Below, in pieces: positions 10,817 to 20,292 of a stretch of 64,000 nucleotides of DNA (positions within the stretch are counted from its first letter, which is position 1; every line of letters starts with the position of its first letter). The position numbers were made by a program, and so were the translations under genes. Source of the stretch: Pachysolen tannophilus NRRL Y-2460 (Eukaryota); the NCBI GenBank assembly GCA_001661245.1, contig KV454011.1, forward strand, positions 1 to 64,000. The letters run 5' to 3'. The notes beneath the pieces are model-generated. The model saw nothing but the letters and a program-made list of their open reading frames with translations, ran no database searches and had not been told where the DNA came from.

Positions 10817-11619
10817 ATTTGTTAAAAATTTCAATTGTCTAAGATTTGATAAAAGAAAAGATTATTTTATTTTCACTGTGAAGTTCCAATTAATTTATGT
10901 TCGTTTTCCACAAAGTTCATGATGAGGTTGATTTGAAAATCAAGTCAAGATAAGGCAGTCGTAACCGCTAAAGCATTTCTGCTATAGGTTTTCTTGCTTT
11001 TTTCTGTTTTTTTCATTTTTATTATTATATCTCTTTGCCGCTACTACTTTCAAGTAAGGTAAGCCCACCGGTGTTTTATCATATACTTACTACTCATTTC
11101 TGATAGGGGATCAAAATGAGATTCTTGGAAGTGTTTGCGCTAAAACTGAATTCGGCAAGGGCATATGCAAGATAATGCATAGTATGTGCCTTTAAGCTGT
11201 AAGATAAAAAATACCAGCATCTCTTTGAATCATTTCATAGACTATTAGAATTCTTTTATTATTGTGTGTTTCTGTTCTTATCTCACCACAGGTTTGGATC
11301 AGCTATTAGCGGCTGATGAGAGTTAATATTACTCAATTTATTATTATTTAGATGGAAGATCAAAAAATAAAAAAAAAAAAAAGTAAGTGTTGAGCATATT
11401 ATATATTACAAAGCTTTGCTTATCCTCAAATTCGAAGTGAGAAATAATAAATACGTTATCTGCAGAAACGTTTCCATAAATATATTAACCTCAAACTTCA
11501 CTGTTTGATTTTTTTTTTTTTTTTTCTCATTTATTCTTTAAAAGAGAAGTTACTCTACTGTTTGATTCTTTGGTTTTATTTTGAGCTTCAAAGTTGTTTA
11601 AAATATCAACAAAGCACAA
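10817..11619. promoter_or_regulatory. Divergent promoter (carboxylase/transporter), GATA-rich, nitrogen catabolite repression type
   Basis: GATAAG 10949; CTTATC 11277 and 11419; GATAA 10848, 11171, 11203. Confidence 0.65.
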
Positions 11620-13749
11620 ATGAGTACCGAAAATACTATTCAAATCTTTTCTGTTGGCACAGGCTATGGGTATGTTGTTGGGGTAGGCTTTGCGTTTGCT
11701 CTCATTATGTGTTTTGTTTCTTGGCTTCTTTCCAAATATCTTAGTGAGGTCCAGGATTCAGAAATGTTAATGACAGCAAAGAGATCAATTAAGACCGGTT
11801 TGACTGCAAGTGCGGTGGTCTCATCTTGGACGATAGGTTCAACTTTACTTTTATCCTGCACTGAAACTTACACTTATGGTGTTGCTAGTGCATGGTGGTA
11901 TGGTGCTGGTGCCTGTGTACAAATTGTTATATTTTGTACAGCTGCAATTGAATTGAAAAGAAGAGCACCAAATGCACATACTATTCAAGAAGCTTTGTTA
12001 AAAAGATATGGTACCAAAGCACACATTGTTTCATTATGTTATTGCTTAGGTCAACAAATTGCATATTCGGCCAATTTATTAATTAATGGTGCTTCAATAT
12101 TTAGTAATTTAACTGGTATGAACAATGATGCTGCCATTGCCCTATTTCCTGTTGGTGTTATAGTGTATACTTTATTGGGTGGTATCAAGGCTACTTTCTT
12201 AACAGATTGGACTCATACAGTTATAATTTACGTATTAATGTTGACTTTTTCATTTTCTTGTTACGCTACAAATGAAGACATAGGCTCTCCAGGTAAGTTG
12301 TTTGATCTTTTGGTTACTGCTTCCGATAGAAGGCAAATATCTGGAAACCGCGATGGTAGTTTATTGACTTTTGACTCACGTCAGTCTGGATTATTTGGTC
12401 TTGTCTTATTTGGAGCAGGTTGGGCTGCCTCAGTTGACTCTCAATTGTTCCAAAAGGCAATTGCATGCGATATTGGATCTCCAAAAAACAAATTATCTGG
12501 TGTTTTAGTATCGTACACTCTTGGCTCGCTTTGTTGGTTTACAATTCCGTTTGTTTTATCTACAACCTTGGGTTTAGCTTGCGCGGGACTAGAAGGTACT
12601 GATGCATTCCCAACTACTTCTCATTATATGACAAGTGCAGAGATTTCAGCTGGTTTGGTTATGCCTTACGGTGCGTATGCTTTATTAGGTAGAAGTGGAA
12701 TGGCTATGGTTTTGACAATGATTTTCATGGCCGTTACTGCTGCATTTTCTTCAGAGACAGTTGCTGTTTCATCATTAATTACCCATGATATATACAAGAC
12801 ATATATCAACCCTGATGCCAAAGGCAAAAAATTAATTGCAATTTCACATATGGGTGTTCTTGCTTTTGGTGCTGTGACAATAGGTTTAGGAATTGGCTTG
12901 GCACATGCCGGTTTTGACGTTTCGTTCATCACTACTGTTTCAGGTATTGTGGTCAATGTTTGTGTAATTCCAATGGGTTGCACTTTATTTTGGGACAGGA
13001 TGACTTCTTTCAATTTCATATGTAGTACTACCATATCATCTTGTATTTCACTTGCAGTGTGGATCGGTTATACTGCTCATCAGTCTGGTAACAATGTTAC
13101 GCTAACAAGTCTTTCAACGAATGAGGCGTTAGCTGCTGGTAACACTGTTGCCATTTTTGCTCCAGCATTGTTAATACCAATTTTTTATTTCGTTAAAAAG
13201 CCAAAGGAAAGATTTGACTGGAGCAAATTGCTAGAAATCAGACAGGATGATAATACTGAATATGACCAAGAGCATGGGTTACAAAACGTTTTGTCTGGTG
13301 ACGAGGCAACAAAATTAGCCGTAGAAGAAAATTTAAAGAATGACCAATTCATGGTCAGGCAAAGAAATTTAGGTGCTTGTGTTGCAGGCTTCTTAGTTTT
13401 CTTTTATTTGATTATTTTCCCATTACCACTCTATGGTTCTCATTATGTTTTCTCAAAAGATTTTTTCACAGGTTGGGTAGTTGTTATGTTCCTTTGGGCC
13501 TTTTTTTCAGCAATAACAATTACCTGTTTGCCAATATATGAGGCTAGGTACTCTATCAAGATGTTATTTGAACTTATTACTGGTAAACAGAAAAAATTTG
13601 ACAATACTATCAGTATTGTTGAATCCAAAGAATCTGGATTTGCTTCAGGCTCACTGGCAGGTGCCTTGAGTGGATCACACGATAAAGAAACTAAAATCGT
13701 CACAAATGTTTCTCCAAAAGCTGATTATGAGAGTAGTTTTGACCCATAA
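11620..13749 (+). CDS. Dur3-like sodium:solute symporter family transporter (urea/amine type)
   Basis: GLTASAVVSSWT, ELKRRAPNAHT, GGIKATFLTDWTHT, FMAVTAAFSSE, DIYKTYINP. Confidence 0.88.
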   Translation: MSTENTIQIFSVGTGYGYVVGVGFAFALIMCFVSWLLSKYLSEVQDSEMLMTAKRSIKTGLTASAVVSSWTIGSTLLLSCTETYTYGVASAWWYGAGACVQIVIFCTAAIELKRRAPNAHTIQEALLKRYGTKAHIVSLCYCLGQQIAYSANLLINGASIFSNLTGMNNDAAIALFPVGVIVYTLLGGIKATFLTDWTHTVIIYVLMLTFSFSCYATNEDIGSPGKLFDLLVTASDRRQISGNRDGSLLTFDSRQSGLFGLVLFGAGWAASVDSQLFQKAIACDIGSPKNKLSGVLVSYTLGSLCWFTIPFVLSTTLGLACAGLEGTDAFPTTSHYMTSAEISAGLVMPYGAYALLGRSGMAMVLTMIFMAVTAAFSSETVAVSSLITHDIYKTYINPDAKGKKLIAISHMGVLAFGAVTIGLGIGLAHAGFDVSFITTVSGIVVNVCVIPMGCTLFWDRMTSFNFICSTTISSCISLAVWIGYTAHQSGNNVTLTSLSTNEALAAGNTVAIFAPALLIPIFYFVKKPKERFDWSKLLEIRQDDNTEYDQEHGLQNVLSGDEATKLAVEENLKNDQFMVRQRNLGACVAGFLVFFYLIIFPLPLYGSHYVFSKDFFTGWVVVMFLWAFFSAITITCLPIYEARYSIKMLFELITGKQKKFDNTISIVESKESGFASGSLAGALSGSHDKETKIVTNVSPKADYESSFDP

Positions 13750-13945
13750 TTTTTTTCTATTGATAGCTTTTTCTTATAATAGTTGCTAGTTTATATATTA
13801 TCTTTAATGTAAATTAAATAATTTTATTTATTTTGATCCTCATAGAACTATAAACTTAATTATCCTATATAAATATTGAAAAATTTTGAATAAAAAATTA
13901 TCATATGAAATCCTAATAATATTTTATTGATTTATTATATTAAGT

Positions 13946-14716
13946 TTAAGTCTTTAATGAAAATCCAAGCTGTTTATTTACTTTGTCAATAGCTTCTCTC
14001 GCTTTTATGACATTTTCAAGAGCTGTTGGCATGTCTGAATGTAAACAAACACTAAATGGAGCATCTCCAAATCCAATATTCAATTCTTCGCCGTTATTGT
14101 CAAAGCATGATCCAGTTGTACCACACTTATAAATAGAGTCATAAATTTCTTGTGGAGTTTTCATTTGTGATTTTGCTGGTAAGACAAGATTACCTTCAGA
14201 ATTCCAATCTATATCACAATAAAATTCTTGAATAAATGGAACACCTTCTTCCTTGGCAATTTGTTCATAATGTGCATTTTTAGCACCTACAATTGGAACA
14301 TTAAATGTCTTTGCTGCTTTTAATGCTGCTCTCATTACATCTTCATTTTGTTCAATATAAAAATATAATTGACCATGAGGTTTAATATAAGACAATTCCA
14401 TACCTTCTGATTTCAAAAACCCATATAAGGCTCCTGTTTGATAAATGATCAAATTATAAATTTCTTCAGGAGCAATTTCCCATGGACGGCGACCAAACCC
14501 AATTTTATCTGGTAATCCTGGATGTGATCCCACCTTGACATTATACTGTTTTGCCAATTTAACAGTTTTCTTCATAATATTGTAATCACCTGCATGGAAA
14601 CCACATGCAATATTTGCACTATCAATATATGGCATGATTTCATCGTCAGGCCCCATTTTCCAACGACCATAACCTTCTCCCATGTCACAGTTTATTTCAA
14701 ATCTTGGTAAAAGCGT
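13946..14716 (-). CDS. LamB/YcsF (PxpA, 5-oxoprolinase subunit A) family protein; start codon uncertain
   Basis: Frame stays open upstream of the ATG at 14683, giving FEINCDMGEGYG; ANIACGFHAGD, GSHPGLPD, YIKPHGQLY, VCLHSD; 14716 is an ACG candidate start. Confidence 0.88.
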   Translation of the reverse strand, partial: TLLPRFEINCDMGEGYGRWKMGPDDEIMPYIDSANIACGFHAGDYNIMKKTVKLAKQYNVKVGSHPGLPDKIGFGRRPWEIAPEEIYNLIIYQTGALYGFLKSEGMELSYIKPHGQLYFYIEQNEDVMRAALKAAKTFNVPIVGAKNAHYEQIAKEEGVPFIQEFYCDIDWNSEGNLVLPAKSQMKTPQEIYDSIYKCGTTGSCFDNNGEELNIGFGDAPFSVCLHSDMPTALENVIKAREAIDKVNKQLGFSLKT

Positions 14717-15109
14717 TTTATTACTTAAAGCTTGCCCAAAGTTCCTCCACCACTATTAAGTGACAATCTCCTCTTCAGCAGCATCGCCAAAATATTCAAT
14801 TTCTACCTCAAAAAAAAAAAAAAAAAAATACAATCAATCAAATACTATAGTAGATATATATCTCTGTCCAATTTCTAAAATGTTTTCATTTTCAATTTTA
14901 AATTTTAATTTTTACGTCAAAATTTTTTGATATTTCCCAAACTACTAAATATGTATACAAATACATATTATATACACACAATATATATAAATAAAAAGAA
15001 TATATAAACAACCTTCAAAAGTTCTCTATCTGGATAACGAGATGGAATGGTAGGGAGGAGATATATAATGTAAAAACGAATGTCTTGGATCTTGTGAAAT
15101 CATTTATGT

Positions 15110-16054
15110 TTATAAGTTAATTGCGAACTTTCTGTAGAGTGTTAAGAAGAGGCTACTCAATACTGGGATAGTAAGATTATCATCTATTCCAATATCGATT
15201 CCTTCACTTATTGCAGCAATAAATCCTGTTAAAATATAATCTAAAAGAGTTAAATTATGTTTATCCTCTGGTCTAGCCATATAATTGAAAATCCATAATG
15301 AAAAATTTCCAGCAATGAAAGCAGCAATACAACCAGCTAGTGATTTATTTTTGGTAATTTTTGGAGTATATTTCCCATAAAGACGACCAAATGTAGATGC
15401 ACCTGTATCTGCCCATGATAATAATAAAACTGAAAGTACTGCAATATCTCTTGAGCACCAAGAAAATGTAATTATTATTCCCAAGAGGTAATATAATACA
15501 CCGTTATAAGAATTTTTCACTTCTCTTTCTCTCATCATCCATCCCACAGCCTTCACATATAATTGATTAAAAATTGGTGATTGGAAACGTATAACGTCCA
15601 ATAATAAAATCACCACAAAAGCGGTAACCATCTTTGGTGTTATTTGATTAAGTTCATATCCTGATCGGTATAAGAAAAGAGTAATAAATCCAATACTTGA
15701 ATGAAATATTTTTCTTGGAACTTCATATTTATGAATAAAATTATGGAATCGCAGATGATATTGTAAAAAAGAAACTACCTCATCAACTTCTTGTTTTAAT
15801 TCTTTTATTATTCGATCACCAGTAGAAATATTCTCATTCTCATTCTCATTCTCCACCACATTACTATTCTCCGAATTTGTTGAAATAGAAGACTCTTCAA
15901 GTTTAGTTGAAGAAATAAAATCTGGGTCATTAGCTGTTTCATCCGACGATGTATCAATATTGGTTATTGATTCGGTAATTTTGGAAGAATCATTTTTATT
16001 ATTGGGTTTTTTCCTATTCCTGAAATTTAAATTATCTTTCTTTAAAGTAGTCAT
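15110..16054 (-). CDS. DGK1: CTP-dependent diacylglycerol kinase
   Basis: YEVPRKIFHSSIGF, LLLSWADTGASTFGR, KSLAG, DDNLTIP. Confidence 0.92.
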   Translation of the reverse strand: MTTLKKDNLNFRNRKKPNNKNDSSKITESITNIDTSSDETANDPDFISSTKLEESSISTNSENSNVVENENENENISTGDRIIKELKQEVDEVVSFLQYHLRFHNFIHKYEVPRKIFHSSIGFITLFLYRSGYELNQITPKMVTAFVVILLLDVIRFQSPIFNQLYVKAVGWMMREREVKNSYNGVLYYLLGIIITFSWCSRDIAVLSVLLLSWADTGASTFGRLYGKYTPKITKNKSLAGCIAAFIAGNFSLWIFNYMARPEDKHNLTLLDYILTGFIAAISEGIDIGIDDNLTIPVLSSLFLTLYRKFAINL

Positions 16055-17153
16055 CTTCCTACGAAAATTTCTCTTTCAATTACAACAATCTTCAACTGAT
16101 GACTCGTATCTATAAAAATACCAATTTAAATTGATTTAAACACATTTACAAAATGGATTCTGGTTAAGAAAACAAAACTTTTTTCTTTTCTTTTTCTTGT
16201 ACCCGGAAAACCAAGTCCAATTGACACGCCAAAAAAGAAAAAAGAAATACAAAAAGCGCGTAAATTTACACCGGCCATTTGGCAGAATTCATTTAGAAGA
16301 ATTGAATCTGAAGAAGTCATGGATCACACCTTGAGATTCATTGATCAATTGATAGGTTAGTTGGCTAATAAGTAGTTACGTTTATAGGAGAATTTTTTCC
16401 TGTTTTATTTTTTTTTTTTTTTTTTTCTTGCTACTTTTAAAGCTATTATTGTCTCAAGAAACATAAAAGAGTGATAGATATTTATTTTTATTCGGTCAGA
16501 GAACCGTTATTCTCGTACCTGTTAGCATTCACTCTATTACTGGTACTTTTAAGTCTTATCAAGTTGGTTGGTGTAAGTCTAGACTATTTAAGTCTAGACT
16601 ATTTTTTCAAGCAAATTGTAATAATAGTACGTTTCCAAGTATACAATAATACATATCTTTATTATACATACAAATTTTAAATCATTTTCAATAAATATGT
16701 TATTCTCTCCACATATATTCGACTTCGCCCAAAAAAAGAAAAAACAAGAAAACTATATCAACAGGAATGCATCGTATTTCTTTTTTTTTGCTTTATGATT
16801 TACAAGAAGTAAATTTGAATTGGGGATAAAAGGTTTATGGGTTTAGATAAGATGAAATTTCTAGTGCGGCGCAGAACTTATCGTAACCGCTAACTTGCAT
16901 AAAGTTTTTTTTAAAGTTAGGTAAGAGGTTCTTGCCCCTAAACTATTTGAGATGCAGTGAATCACAAATAGTTCCCGCTAACTCAAGATAGGGGAATGAT
17001 GCGAGTATTGTTCAATTGATGAGTATTGCTGGATCATTATAATAATTAAAGTATGTTATAAATTTGGTTTATATCACATTGTAAAAAAAAAAAATCATTG
17101 AAATTGGTGGGTTTCTTTTTTTTTCTTTTTTGCTTTTTGGTCAGCCAGCCATC

Positions 17154-18984
17154 ATGACTTTACCAAAGACACCAAAGAGACTTTCTGGGAAAGAAGCAAA
17201 AAGCGGATGCTGGTGGTCAGCTGCAAGATTTAAAAGATTTGAAGGATTTTTTATTATCGACTTTTTCGCTTGTAAACAATTTAAGAGATGATAATAATAG
17301 GTTAATTTCAAAAGAATTTTTCAAATTGCCTTCAAAGAAGCTTTATCCCGATTATTATCAATTGATAGAATCGCCAATATCGTTTAATGAAATCAAGTTA
17401 AAAATTATAAATAATAAATATACTAGTGCTGCAGAATTTTTACAAGATTTTAAATTGATGAATAAAAATGCTAGAACTTATAATGATCCATCTAGTGATA
17501 TCGTATTAGATTGTGATTTTGTATTGAATTTTATTGAAGACCAAGTAAAGCAATATTTGGGAGAAACAATTGAAGAAGAAAAAAATGAAGTATCAGCGCC
17601 AATAGAGAAAGAAGAAACAAATACAAAATTACCAAAACTTACAATAAAGAAAAAGGGTAAAAAAAGGCAACAACAAGAAGAACAGAAACCTATAGTTTCT
17701 TCAGTAGATTATTCACCACAATTGAAAAAAATAATAGATCATTTAGTAAACTATAGAGTACCTAAAAAGGGAAAGATAGCTGCTGTATTTATGGATGAAG
17801 TTGATGGCGAATTATATCCGGATTATTATGTTGTTATTAAAAAGGGAATGGCATTCAATACAATTTATTCTAATTTACTGAAAGATTTATACAAAAATGA
17901 CATTGATTCTTTTTATAATGATGTAAATTTGATTTTCCAAAATGCTCAAACATATAATCAAGAAGGAAGTATAATTTTTGAAGATAGTGTTATTTTATCA
18001 AATATTTTTGAAGAAAAATTCAAGGCATTTAAAGAAGAAAATGTTCATGAAGAAAATATTGATGAAGAATCAACGGGTAAACCTTTGAAACTAAAATTAA
18101 AACAAAATAAATTGAAGATTCATTTATCTACAAAACAGGAATCACGAGATGCATCACCACCTCCAAGGAAAGGACGTGGCCGCAAGAAAAAGACTTCTGA
18201 ACCACTGATTGATATTGAAACTCAGGAAGATGAAAAAACTGAAGAAGAGCCACTGAAAGTTGAAATTGAGAATGAAACTCTTGTTTCTAAACCTGAAGAA
18301 AATGAACAAACCGAGGATGAATTGGAACCAAAGCTGATAACTCCTTTGCCTGAAAAAGAAGAATCTCCCGAATTATCTCCTGATACTGTAATTGGATATA
18401 AGAGAGCAAAAATTAATCCTCCTAATCCCTACTTTAAAAATTTTACTAATTTAATCAAGGAAATAACGATAAATACAGTGAAAACGTCATATTCAGCAAC
18501 AAAATTACAGTCTTCAGCTGTTGGTAAATATTTTTCATCTAGATATTCAACACAGGATGGAGTCTTGAACAATTTAAAACAAACTTTCCGTGAATATAAA
18601 TTTAATTCGGAACCATTGGCAAATAATTATTCATTATATATCGACAATTGTAATAGTGTCTCAATAAGGACAGTTTTAAACCCAAAGAAAATTGGCAATC
18701 AGAAATATGATGATGTTTTGTTCATTAATGGAGAAAAATTGACTGCTTCGCCAAGTGTTATATCGGCAACAGATGATGATAATGACCTAGGCTTGTACAC
18801 CTCCAAATTTGATGTCAAGTTATCGCCAGGATTAAATTCTTTTGAATATGTTATTAGATTAGGACCTGTTATCGAGCTGGATAAAGACGGAAAATTACCA
18901 CCAAGGCATTTGACTAAACCAAGTAATGAAGACAGCTATGTTATTGAAAGATGTTGTGTTTGGGTTGTCGTTGGTCAATATTAA
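17154..18984 (+). CDS. RSC4: RSC complex tandem-bromodomain subunit; apparent +1 frameshift near the 5' end
   Basis: Two bromodomains (YPDYY...NARTYN; YPDYY...NAQTYN), no BAH domain, C-terminal beta-rich domain; ATG at 17154 is one base out of frame with the long ORF. Confidence 0.75.
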
Positions 18985-19247
18985 TGTTTATATTTAGATT
19001 TATATGTAATTTATATTTTTTTTCTTTTTTTATTTTTATTTGTTTGTTTTAATTTCTAAGAAATATATATGACAAAGTCTCATTTTAGCTAATAAATAAA
19101 ATGACTATAAAATTTGTTCTTAAAAACCAGAAATAAGAAAAATGTTGGACTTCAGTTAATAGAAAACATAAAAATAAAAAAAATAAAAAAAAAATTAACA
19201 AATAACCTTATAATACACAGACTCTACCAAGTGATGGTTTTTTCAAA

Positions 19248-19291
<44 letters not shown>

Positions 19292-19321
19292 TAATAATCA
19301 GTAAATAACAGTCATTAACGG

Positions 19322-19798
19322 TCATATTTTTACAACTTCCATCTTCAGATAAAAGAGTTCTCCATTGTAGTTAATTTTTTCCAAGTTATCTTTTATAGTT
19401 ATATCATTTATACCCAATTGTTCAAGTGTCGATTCATCTTCTAACTCACTCTCATCTTTTATTACCTTTACCACTTTTGGAAAACTTGTAATATTCCCAC
19501 CAGAACTATTATTGTTATTGTTTATTGAATTCAACGACTGTAAAGAGTTGTTGATAATATTCAGTGAATTTAATGGTAAAGAAGGCTGGCTTAAAGAAAC
19601 ATCTATCAACCCATTAGTAGTTGCATTTATTATATTTTCCAACTCCCTTCTTCTGTTTTCCTGATATAATTCTTCTTCATACTGCTCCTTTAGGTACTGC
19701 TGATGTTGATCTGGCAATAATGGTGTTGTTTCGTTTTGATGTTCCTCGTTAATTTCATCATCCACAGATGGTCTTAAGCATGAAAGACATACACCCAT
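19322..19798 (-). CDS. MEH1: EGO/Ragulator anchor subunit (Ego1/Meh1/LAMTOR1-like)
   Basis: MGVCLSCL myristoylation/palmitoylation N-terminus, ETTPLL dileucine-type motif, LENIINATTNGLIDV. Confidence 0.7.
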   Translation of the reverse strand: MGVCLSCLRPSVDDEINEEHQNETTPLLPDQHQQYLKEQYEEELYQENRRRELENIINATTNGLIDVSLSQPSLPLNSLNIINNSLQSLNSINNNNNSSGGNITSFPKVVKVIKDESELEDESTLEQLGINDITIKDNLEKINYNGELFYLKMEVVKI

Positions 19799-20292
19799 AT
19801 TCTTTATTTGTTGTCAATTTATTTGCTGATTTTTTGCGTAATTAATAAAATCAAATCTTGAATTAATTTCTAAATCTATTATCACAAAAGGAATGACTAT
19901 CTTAAAGTTAAGCAACCAACAAGCTAAAGTTATTTTCGTTATCAATAAAACTGTTCTGTTATTTTTTTTTTTACCTGTTTTTTCTTTTTTTTTAGTTGAA
20001 AAATTTAAACTACGTAGATTACGTAATGTAAATACTATTGAACTTCAACATTGGTATTCTTCAAATCATAATCAAATAAAATATATAAATAAAAACAAAC
20101 TCTTGTATATAAGTAGGAGTGGGGAAGGAGAAGAGGAAGACAAAAAAAATGCTATAAGAACATGAGCAAGAGAGTGCGAGAAGAGAATCCCGCAAACCCA
20201 AATTGTAGAGTTTAATTCAATAATAACCAAGACATGTAAAAAAAAAAAAAAAAATTATATAATCATTTTACTCAAAACAGCAACGGCTTAGT

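Noticed and set aside
7022..10834. Calling the biotin enzyme DUR1,2 urea amidolyase
   Set aside because: No N-terminal amidase (allophanate hydrolase) domain, and the substrate-pocket motifs are divergent
14702..16685. lamB first exon at 16.68 kb spliced across DGK1 (ATG...|GTATGT at 16671 to AAG|ATTTGAA at 14702)
   Set aside because: The join is in phase but the exon reads ATG ATT TAA (stop), and there is no good branch point near the acceptor; not supportable without cDNA
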